This document shows positions 34,603 through 42,260 of a stretch of 64,000 nt of DNA, piece after piece. Origin of the DNA: Ramlibacter sp. 2FC (lineage in GTDB: Bacteria > Pseudomonadota > Gammaproteobacteria > Burkholderiales > Burkholderiaceae_C); NCBI GenBank assembly GCA_943372515.1, contig CALRYY010000012.1:1074-65073 (forward strand). The letters are read 5' to 3'. How positions within the stretch are numbered: the first letter of the stretch is position 1; each line of letters begins with the position of its first letter. A program made the position numbers and the translations under genes. Below the pieces are notes generated by a model, which ran no database searches, was not told the DNA's origin, and saw only the letters and a list, made by a program, of their open reading frames with translations.

Positions 34603-34952
34603 GTGCCGGTAAATTCCTTGCCGCAAGATGTATCGGCGACGTTACCAGACCAGGTGGCGGCAATTTGTAGGCCGTCGTCTGATTCATCCAGCGCCAGCAC
34701 ACCTTCATCCACATCACCGGCCAGCAGCGACTGAACACTGTCGCGGTTGATGGCGCCGCGCACGCTTTCAGTGCGCTCAGGGTGCTTTTCAAACAGCACG
34801 GTGGCGGTGGTGGGGGCGCTGCCGCCTCCCTCAAAGCTCACGCGCCACAGACCCCACAGGTGGGCGGGCGTCAGGTCGGCGGCTGCGGGGCAGGCGGCTG
34901 CGCCCGTGCACGCGCACACCGTCAGCAGGGCGGCCAACGCCGTGCGTGTCAT
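34536..34952 (-). CDS. small secreted or lipoprotein-like hypothetical protein
   Basis: Signal-like N-terminus MTRTALAALLTVCACTGAAA. The start is coupled to the rep stop (ATGA). The 3' end overlaps the pldA 5' end out of frame. No family recognised. Confidence 0.45.
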   Translation of the reverse strand: MTRTALAALLTVCACTGAAACPAAADLTPAHLWGLWRVSFEGGGSAPTTATVLFEKHPERTESVRGAINRDSVQSLLAGDVDEGVLALDESDDGLQIAATWSGNVADTSCGKEFTGTWRRSKDNTERSFVLRKLPGWQ

Positions 34953-37051
34953 GGCGCGCTGGCCGCGGCGGCTGCGGCTGTATCCAGGGCTTTCTTGGCA
35001 AATTCTGCGCGCAGGGCCTTGAGCTTTTCGCGCGGGTCTTCCTTGGTCGTGGTCTTGTCCAGCGCCATCTCGGCAATAAAGCGGCTGGGCTGGGCGGCGA
35101 TCATCTCGCGACCCTTTTTGCGCCGCTTGGTCCAGCTGACAGCCAGGCTGCGCTGGGCGCGGGTGATGCCCACGTACATCAGGCGACGCTCTTCCTGCAG
35201 GCGCTGCAAAATGCCTTCGCTCATGGGGCCGTCGGCGCGGCCGGTGGGGTTGTCGTCATCGCCCAGCTTGAAGGGAAGCATGCCCTCGGTCACGCCCACC
35301 AGCATCACATGCGGCCACTCCAGCCCCTTGGCCGCGTGCAGGGTGGACAGCGTCACCACGTCCTGGTCCTGCTCGCGTTCGCTGATGGTGGACAGCAGGG
35401 CGATGGTCTGCGCCACTTCCAGCAGGCTTTTCTTTTCCGACTCCAGCGAGACACCGGCCGTGTCGTCAAGGGTGCCGCCACAGCGCTGGCTCATCCAGTC
35501 GCAGAAATCCAGCACGTTGGTCCAGCGGGCGGCGGCCAGCTTCTCGCTGTCCTCGCCGTCATACAGGTGCTTTTCGTAATCGATGTCCTTGAGCCAGTCC
35601 ATCATGAACGCGCGGGCGTCCTCGGCTCCGGCGGTCTGGCGCGCGCGAAACTCCAGGTCGTTCACATAGCGGCCAAACTCGTGCAGGCTGCCCACCGCCT
35701 TGGCCGGCAGCACCGAGCCCAGCGACGACGAGAACAGCGCCTCAAACAGGCTCACTTTGTACTTGCTGGCAAAGGTGCCCAGGTTTTGCAGCGTGGTGTG
35801 GCCGATGCCGCGCTTGGGTGTGGTGATGGCGCGCAGGAAGGCCGGGTCGTCGTCGTTGTTGACCCACAGGCGGAACCAGGCGCACAGGTCCTTGATTTCG
35901 GCGCGGTCAAAAAAGCTCTGGCCGCCAGAGACCTTGTAGGGGATAGCGGCCTTGCGCAATGCCTTCTCAAAGATGCGGGCCTGGTGGTTGGCGCGGTACA
36001 GCACGGCAAAGCCGCGCCATTCGTTGCCGGCGCCCGCCGTCGTGGTCATGCCCGCGCGGATCGACTGGATGCGCGCCACGGTGCGCTCGGCCTCGTGCTC
36101 CTCATTGTCGGCATCCACCACACGCACCGGTTCGCCTTCGCCCAGCTCGGAAAACAGCGTCTTGGGAAACAGCTTGGGGTTGGGACCGATCACGTTGTTG
36201 GCCGCACGCAGGATGGCGCTGGTGCTGCGGTAGTTCTGCTCCAGCTTGATGACCTTGAGCTGGGGGAAGTCGATCGGCAGCTTCTTCAGGTTGTCCAGTG
36301 TGGCGCCGCGCCAGCCGTAAATGCTCTGGTCGTCGTCACCCACGGCGGTAAAGCGCCCGCGCTCGCCCACCAGAAGCTTGAGCACCTCGTATTGCGTGGC
36401 GTTGGTGTCCTGGTATTCATCGACCAGCACATGGCCCAGCTGGGCCTGCCATTTGTCGCGCACCGCGGGGTGGTCTTTCAGCAACTTCAGCGGCAGGCCG
36501 ATCAGGTCGTCAAAGTCCACGCTCTGGTACGCGGCCAGGCGCTCTTCATAGCGACCCATGATGCGGGCGGTGACGCGTTCGTTGTCGTCCCTGGCCTGGG
36601 CTTCTGCCTGGGCGGCGTTCAGCCCCATGTTCTTCCAAAGGCTGATCGTCCATTGCCACTGGCGGGCCGTGGCGGCGTCGGTGCTGCCGCCGGCGTCTTT
36701 CAGGATGCTGGTCACGTCGTCGCTGTCCAGGATGCTGAATTGGGGCTTGAGGCCCAGCACCGAGCCGTCTTCACGCATCATGCGCACGCCCAGGGCATGA
36801 AAGGTGCAGATCAGCACTTTCTTGGCGTCACGCCCGATCAGAGTCTTGGCACGCTCGCGCATTTCGGCGGCGGCCTTGTTGGTGAAGGTGATGGCCGCGA
36901 TCTGTTGCGGCGCCAGCCCCGCGCTGATCAGCCGGCCGATCTTGTGCGTGATCACACGCGTCTTGCCCGACCCGGCCCCCGCCAGCACCAGGCAGGGCCC
37001 GTGCATGTAGTTCACAGCTTCCTGTTGGGCAAGGTTCAGACCGGCGGACAT
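34949..37051 (-). CDS. rep: ATP-dependent DNA helicase Rep (UvrD/Rep superfamily 1)
   Basis: LNLAQQEAVNYMHGPCLVLAGAGSGKTRVITHKIGRLI closely parallels the E. coli Rep N-terminus. Start trimmed to MSAGLN. Confidence 0.88.
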   Translation of the reverse strand: MSAGLNLAQQEAVNYMHGPCLVLAGAGSGKTRVITHKIGRLISAGLAPQQIAAITFTNKAAAEMRERAKTLIGRDAKKVLICTFHALGVRMMREDGSVLGLKPQFSILDSDDVTSILKDAGGSTDAATARQWQWTISLWKNMGLNAAQAEAQARDDNERVTARIMGRYEERLAAYQSVDFDDLIGLPLKLLKDHPAVRDKWQAQLGHVLVDEYQDTNATQYEVLKLLVGERGRFTAVGDDDQSIYGWRGATLDNLKKLPIDFPQLKVIKLEQNYRSTSAILRAANNVIGPNPKLFPKTLFSELGEGEPVRVVDADNEEHEAERTVARIQSIRAGMTTTAGAGNEWRGFAVLYRANHQARIFEKALRKAAIPYKVSGGQSFFDRAEIKDLCAWFRLWVNNDDDPAFLRAITTPKRGIGHTTLQNLGTFASKYKVSLFEALFSSSLGSVLPAKAVGSLHEFGRYVNDLEFRARQTAGAEDARAFMMDWLKDIDYEKHLYDGEDSEKLAAARWTNVLDFCDWMSQRCGGTLDDTAGVSLESEKKSLLEVAQTIALLSTISEREQDQDVVTLSTLHAAKGLEWPHVMLVGVTEGMLPFKLGDDDNPTGRADGPMSEGILQRLQEERRLMYVGITRAQRSLAVSWTKRRKKGREMIAAQPSRFIAEMALDKTTTKEDPREKLKALRAEFAKKALDTAAAAAASAP

Positions 37052-37168
37052 GGGGGAATCGGGAGGGGACTGCAGGGGGGAGCGGCGAATCATACCGGGC
37101 AAGGGGGCTTTCGAAGGCAGTCAGCCTGCTGAAACCCCGTCACCCCGCTTGCTGGGACAATATCGCCC

Positions 37169-38134
37169 GTGCTCGCCATCCTGCTCATTACCTTTCCGTT
37201 CTTCGCGCTCGTGCTGTGCGGCTATGTGGCGGCGCGCCGCGGCATGCTGCCGCTGGAGGCGATCCCCGGGCTGAACGCGTTTGTGCTGTATTTCGCGCTG
37301 CCCTGCATGCTGTACCGCTTTGGCGCCAGCACGCCGGTGGCGCAGCTGCTGGACATTGCAGCGGTGGCTGTGTATTTGCCCTGTGCGCTGGTCATGGTGG
37401 CTGCTACCGTGCGGTTCAGCCTGAACGAGCGCGTGCGATGGAACGATGCGTCCTTCGGTGCGCTGGTGGCAGCCTTTCCCAACACCGGCTTCATGGGCGT
37501 GCCGCTGCTGGTGGCGCTGCTGGGCGCGGCCGCCGCCGGCCCGGCCATCCTGACCATCCTGCTGGACCTGGTGATCACTACGTCGCTGTGTATTGCGCTG
37601 TCGCGCCTGGACGGTGCCGACGAGCACGGCGCCGCCAAGGCGGCAAAAAGCGCTCTCAAGGGCGTGGCGGCCAACCCCATGCCGTGGGCCATCCTGGCCG
37701 GCGCGGCGGCGTCCTGGCTGCAAATCGAGCCGATCAAGCCGGTGATGCAGACCATCGGCCTGCTGGCGGATGCGGCGTCGCCGGTGGCTTTGTTCACCAT
37801 TGGTGCGGTGCTGGCGCGCTCGCAGATCGTGGCGGCGCGCGAAGCGCATGGACCCATGCCGGTGCGTGACTACCTGCCAGTGGTGGTGGCCAAGCTCGTG
37901 GCGCACCCGCTGCTGGTGTGGGGCGCGGGCACAGTCGCCATTGCGCTGGGCTTGCCGCTGGACCGCTTTGCGCTGACGGTCATGGTGCTGGTGGCTGCGC
38001 TGCCCAGCGCCAGCAACGTGTCGTTGCTGGCCGAGCGCTTTGGCGCGGACAACGGGCGCATTGCCCGCATCATCCTGCTGACGACGGCGACCGCGTTCCT
38101 GACGTTCTCAGCCGCCGTGGCGTTGATGCACTAG
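37169..38134 (+). CDS. AEC (auxin efflux carrier) family transporter
   Basis: 321 aa with about 10 TM segments and a GTG start. Typical AEC N-terminus and C-terminus. Confidence 0.75.
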   Translation: MLAILLITFPFFALVLCGYVAARRGMLPLEAIPGLNAFVLYFALPCMLYRFGASTPVAQLLDIAAVAVYLPCALVMVAATVRFSLNERVRWNDASFGALVAAFPNTGFMGVPLLVALLGAAAAGPAILTILLDLVITTSLCIALSRLDGADEHGAAKAAKSALKGVAANPMPWAILAGAAASWLQIEPIKPVMQTIGLLADAASPVALFTIGAVLARSQIVAAREAHGPMPVRDYLPVVVAKLVAHPLLVWGAGTVAIALGLPLDRFALTVMVLVAALPSASNVSLLAERFGADNGRIARIILLTTATAFLTFSAAVALMH

Positions 38135-39291
38135 GCCGCGACGGCCTCGGCCTTGCGCTCACCCAGGCCGATGCGGTCCAAAGCCGCAGCCAGTTGCGCC
38201 ACGGTACGGTCCACGTTGTGCCATTTTTCCAGCCCGAACAGGCCGACGCGGAAGGTCTTGAAATCAGCGCCCTCGTCGCACTGCAGTGGCACGCCGGCGG
38301 CGGTTTGCAGGCCTTCGGCCAGGAACTTCTTGCTCGACTGGACTTCAGGGTCGGTGGTGTAACTCACCACCACGCCGGGGGCCTTGAAGCCTTCAGCCGC
38401 CACGCTGGGGATGCCACGGCCCTCAAACAGGGCACGCACCTTGCGGCCCAGGTCGATCTGCTCGTTGCGTACCTTGTCAAAGCCGTAGGCGCGCGTTTCC
38501 ACCATCACCTCGCGCAGGCGCATCAGCGCGTCGGTGGGCATGGTGGCGTGGTAGGCGTGGCCGCCGCCTTCGTACGTTTCCATGATCTGCAGCCACTTCT
38601 TCAGGTCGCAGGCAAAGCTGGAGCTGGTGGTGCCGTCAATGGCGGCGCGTGCGCGTTCGCTCAGCATCACCATGGCGCAGCACGGCGAGCTGCTCCAGCC
38701 CTTTTGCGGGGCTGACACCAGCACGTCCACACCCGTGGCCTGCATGTTGACCCACATCGCGCCAGACGCAATGCAGTCCAGCACAAACAGGCCGCCCACC
38801 TCGTGCACGGCGTCGGCCACGGCGCGCAGGTAGTCGTCGGGCAGGATCATGCCGGCGGCTGTTTCCACGTGCGGGGCAAACACCACGGCGGGCTTTTCGG
38901 CGCGGATGGCGGCCTGCACCTCGGCAATGGGAGCGGGTGCCCAAGGCGCCTGTGCGCCGGGGCCGGTCTGGCGGGCCTTGAGAACCGTGTGTGACGCGGG
39001 GATGCCTCCCATGTCAAAAATCTGTGTCCAGCGGTAGCTGAACCAGCCGTTGCGGATCACCATCACATGTTTGCCACCGGCAAACTGGCGCGCCACGGAC
39101 TCCATGCCAAAGGTGCCACTGCCGGGCACCAGCACGGCTGATTTCGCGTGGTAAACCTCCTTGAGGATGCCCGAGATGTCTTTCATCACGCCCTGGAAGC
39201 TGCGCGACATGTGGTTCAGGGCGCGGTCGGTGTAGACCACCGAAAATTCAAGCAGTCCGTCGGGGTCGACGTGGGGCAAAAGTCCGGGCAT
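38131..39291 (-). CDS. class V aminotransferase (serine-pyruvate / alanine-glyoxylate-like)
   Basis: 386 aa. FSVVYTDRALNHMS...LVPGSGTFGME...VLVSAPQKGW (PLP-Lys region) resembles class V enzymes. Substrate not assignable. Confidence 0.75.
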   Translation of the reverse strand: MPGLLPHVDPDGLLEFSVVYTDRALNHMSRSFQGVMKDISGILKEVYHAKSAVLVPGSGTFGMESVARQFAGGKHVMVIRNGWFSYRWTQIFDMGGIPASHTVLKARQTGPGAQAPWAPAPIAEVQAAIRAEKPAVVFAPHVETAAGMILPDDYLRAVADAVHEVGGLFVLDCIASGAMWVNMQATGVDVLVSAPQKGWSSSPCCAMVMLSERARAAIDGTTSSSFACDLKKWLQIMETYEGGGHAYHATMPTDALMRLREVMVETRAYGFDKVRNEQIDLGRKVRALFEGRGIPSVAAEGFKAPGVVVSYTTDPEVQSSKKFLAEGLQTAAGVPLQCDEGADFKTFRVGLFGLEKWHNVDRTVAQLAAALDRIGLGERKAEAVAA

Positions 39292-39369
39292 GGCTGTCTC
39301 CTCGGTGTTGTCTCAAAACGGGTCGACCAGCTTAGCATGCACGCTTGAACCCTGCTGGTGTGCCGGGCG

Positions 39370-41187
39370 TCACCAGGTGTCGATGGTCTGGGTCGCAGCA
39401 GGCGCGGCGAGCCGGGCGGACGCCAGGCCCCTTGCCAGCCAGCCGCGCGTATCCGCCGGGTCGATCACCGCGTCAATCTCCAGTGTGGCGGCCATGTTCA
39501 GGGCCTGGCCTGCGTCGTACTGTCGGGCCACCAGCTGCTGGTACAGCGCGTCGCGTTCAGGCCCATCGGGCACGGCCTCCAGCTCCTTGCGGTAGCCCAG
39601 GCGCACGGCGCCTTCCAGCCCCATGGCGCCGAATTCGCCGGTGGGCCAGGCCACGGTGAAGGTGGGCGAATGAAAGCCGCCCGCGCACATGGCCATGGCG
39701 CCCAGGCCGTAGCCCTTGCGCAGCACCACGCTGAAGAACGGCACACGCAGGTGGGCTGCGGCAATGAACATGCGGCTGACATGCCGTACCTGCGCCTGCT
39801 CTTCGATGTCGGGCCCCACCATGAAGCCAGGCGTGTCCACCAGGCTCACCAGCGGCAGGCCGTGGGCATTGCACAGCTGCATGAAGCGCGCGGCCTTGTC
39901 GGCGGCGTCGGCGTCAATCGCGCCGCCCAGGTGCGCAGGGTTGTTGGCCAGCAGGCCCACGGGTCGGCCCTCGATGCGGGCCAGCGCGGTGTGGATGCCT
40001 TGGCCGAAACCGGTGCGCAGTTCCAGCAGCGAGCCTGCGTCCACCAGGCCGGCCATGGCAGCGCGTGTGTCGTATACACGCAGGCGGTTTTCGGGCACCA
40101 CGCTGCGCAGCCTCTGAGCGTCGGGTGCGGTGAAGTCGGCAATGCGGCCCTGGAAGAAGCCCAGGTAATGCCTGGCAGCGGCCACGGCCTGTGCCTCAGT
40201 GTCCACCAGCACATCGATCACGCCATTGCCGTGCTGCACGGCCGCCGGGCCGATCTGCTCGGGCCTGAACACGCCCAGCCCACCGCCTTCGACCATGGCG
40301 GGTCCGCCCATGCCGATGTTGCTGGCCCGCGTGGCAATGATCACGTCGCAGCAACCCAGCAGCGCGGCGTTGCCCGCAAAGCAGCGGCCTGCGGCAATGC
40401 CCACCACGGGCACCTGGCCGTTCAACCGCGCAAAGCTGGCAAAAGTAGTCACATGCAAGCCCGCGACGACAGGCATGTCGGTGTCGCCGGGTCGCCCACC
40501 GCCGCCTTCGGCAAACAGCACCACGGGCAGCTTGTGCGCCAGGGCGATGCCCAGCAGGCGGTCGGTCTTCTGGTGGTTGCGCATGCCTTGCGTGCCGGCC
40601 AGCACGGTGGCGTCATAGGCCATAACCACAGCGCGGCTTTGTTCGGGGCCAAACAGCGCGCCGTTGATGTTGCCCACGCCGGTGACCATGCCGTCGGCCG
40701 GCGTGTTGCGCATCAGGTCGTCTGCACTGCGCCGCGTGGCCTGTGCAGCCACGGCCAGCGCGCCGTATTCGTTGAACGAGCCTTCGTCGCACAGGTCGGC
40801 AATATTTTCGCGTGCGGTGCGCAGGCCCAGTGCGTGGCGCCTGGCCACGGCGTCGGGGCGGGCGGCGTCCTGCGTCAGTGCGTGGCGGTCGATCACGCGT
40901 TGCAAGTCGGGCCGAATGCCGCCCGAGGCCAGGCGGGCAGCCACCGGCGGTGCGGTGCCCTGCACCGGTGTTGCAGCGTCGGTGGCGGCCAGCACATCGC
41001 CTTCGTTCACGGGTTCGCCGGCTGCATAGAACAGCTCGCGCACCACACCGCTGGCTGTGGCGCGTACCTCGTGTTCCATCTTCATGGCTTCCAGCACCAG
41101 CAACAGGTCGCCGGCGTGCACGGTGTCACCGGGGCGCACGCGCCATTCCACTATCTGGGCCGTGAGGGGAGAGCGCAGTTCAGGCAT
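39370..41187 (-). CDS. biotinyl-domain / acyl-CoA carboxyltransferase fusion protein
   Basis: N-terminal approx 70 aa carry the biotin attachment motif LVLEAMKMEHEV. The rest matches the carboxyltransferase (PccB/AccD5-like) fold (GGGGRPGD, MGGPAMVEGGG, LVDTPGFMVG). Confidence 0.8.
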   Translation of the reverse strand: MPELRSPLTAQIVEWRVRPGDTVHAGDLLLVLEAMKMEHEVRATASGVVRELFYAAGEPVNEGDVLAATDAATPVQGTAPPVAARLASGGIRPDLQRVIDRHALTQDAARPDAVARRHALGLRTARENIADLCDEGSFNEYGALAVAAQATRRSADDLMRNTPADGMVTGVGNINGALFGPEQSRAVVMAYDATVLAGTQGMRNHQKTDRLLGIALAHKLPVVLFAEGGGGRPGDTDMPVVAGLHVTTFASFARLNGQVPVVGIAAGRCFAGNAALLGCCDVIIATRASNIGMGGPAMVEGGGLGVFRPEQIGPAAVQHGNGVIDVLVDTEAQAVAAARHYLGFFQGRIADFTAPDAQRLRSVVPENRLRVYDTRAAMAGLVDAGSLLELRTGFGQGIHTALARIEGRPVGLLANNPAHLGGAIDADAADKAARFMQLCNAHGLPLVSLVDTPGFMVGPDIEEQAQVRHVSRMFIAAAHLRVPFFSVVLRKGYGLGAMAMCAGGFHSPTFTVAWPTGEFGAMGLEGAVRLGYRKELEAVPDGPERDALYQQLVARQYDAGQALNMAATLEIDAVIDPADTRGWLARGLASARLAAPAATQTIDTW

Positions 41188-41246
41188 ACGGTGATTGTGG
41201 CGCGCGGGGTGGCGTGTACGCCGTCATGGGCGCGACAATGGCGGCC

Positions 41247-42251
41247 ATGTCATTCGTACCTCTTGTCGAGCTCACCCGTGGTGGAACCCCTGAATCCATG
41301 CACTTTGGCGTTGTGGCCGTGGTGGACGCGCGCGGTCGGCTGCGTGCTGGCGTGGGCGACCCGCACACGCGCGTGTTCACCCGTTCCACCATCAAGGCGT
41401 TGCAGGCACTGCCGTTTGTGCGCGGCGTCGGGCCGGCGCAATTTGGTTTCAGTACGCAGCAGCTGGCCATGCTGTGCGCCAGCCACAGCGGCGAGCCCAT
41501 GCACGTGGAGCAGGTGCAGGGCATGCTGGACAAGGCGGGCGTGGACTACCGCCAGTTGCAGTGCGGCTGCCATGTGCCGATGTTTGTGGATATGGGCGTG
41601 GCCCCAGCGCCCCCCGCGTGGGACGAGCGGCACCACAACTGCAGCGGCAAGCATGCCGGCTTTGTCGCGCACTGCGTGCAGCACGGCCTGCCACTGGACA
41701 GCTACCTGGACGCGGGCCACCCTTTGCAGCAGGCCATACGCCGCGACGTGGCGCGGGTGGTGGGGCTGGTGCAAGAAGATTTGCGCATGGGCATCGACGG
41801 CTGCTCTGCGCCCAACTACGCCATGCCCCTGGCGGCGCTGGCGCGCAGCTATGCGCGGCTGGCCAGCGGCGAGCAAGATGCGGAGTTTGGTGACTGTTTT
41901 GGCCCACTGGCCGACGCCATGACGGCCCACCCCGAGCTGGTCAGCGGCACACGTCGCAATGACGAGGCCTTCATGCGCGCGGGCCGTGGCGACTGGGTGA
42001 GCAAGGTGGGTGCCGACGGTGTGCAGGTGGTGGGCAGCAAAAGCCGGCAGGAGGCGCTGGCCATCAAGGTCAGCGATGGCAACATGCCCGCGCTGTACGC
42101 CGCCACGGTAGAGGTACTGGAGCAACTGGGCTGGCTGGACGATGCCCAGCGCGAGGCCCTGGCGCCCTGGCGTGCTGCCGGGCTGCGCAGCGTGCGCGGC
42201 GCCGTGGTGGGCGAACGTCGTACGGTGTTCACATTGAACCCTGCCGTGTGA
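41247..42251 (+). CDS. asparaginase, rhizobial type (asparaginase II family)
   Basis: ELTRGGTPESMHFGVVAVVDARGRL...RSTIKALQALP...NCSGKHAGF resemble the thermolabile asparaginase family. Start ambiguous (41214 to 41247). Confidence 0.7.
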   Translation: MSFVPLVELTRGGTPESMHFGVVAVVDARGRLRAGVGDPHTRVFTRSTIKALQALPFVRGVGPAQFGFSTQQLAMLCASHSGEPMHVEQVQGMLDKAGVDYRQLQCGCHVPMFVDMGVAPAPPAWDERHHNCSGKHAGFVAHCVQHGLPLDSYLDAGHPLQQAIRRDVARVVGLVQEDLRMGIDGCSAPNYAMPLAALARSYARLASGEQDAEFGDCFGPLADAMTAHPELVSGTRRNDEAFMRAGRGDWVSKVGADGVQVVGSKSRQEALAIKVSDGNMPALYAATVEVLEQLGWLDDAQREALAPWRAAGLRSVRGAVVGERRTVFTLNPAV

Positions 42252-42260
42252 AGGCAGCAC

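Noticed and set aside
34946-37132. 728-aa plus-strand ORF
   Set aside because: It is an antisense shadow of rep, which has clear helicase motifs on the minus strand.
39358-41922. 854-aa plus-strand ORF
   Set aside because: It is antisense to the carboxyltransferase fusion gene and then runs out of frame through the asparaginase gene. The composition is Ala/Gly/Arg/His-rich and motif-free.
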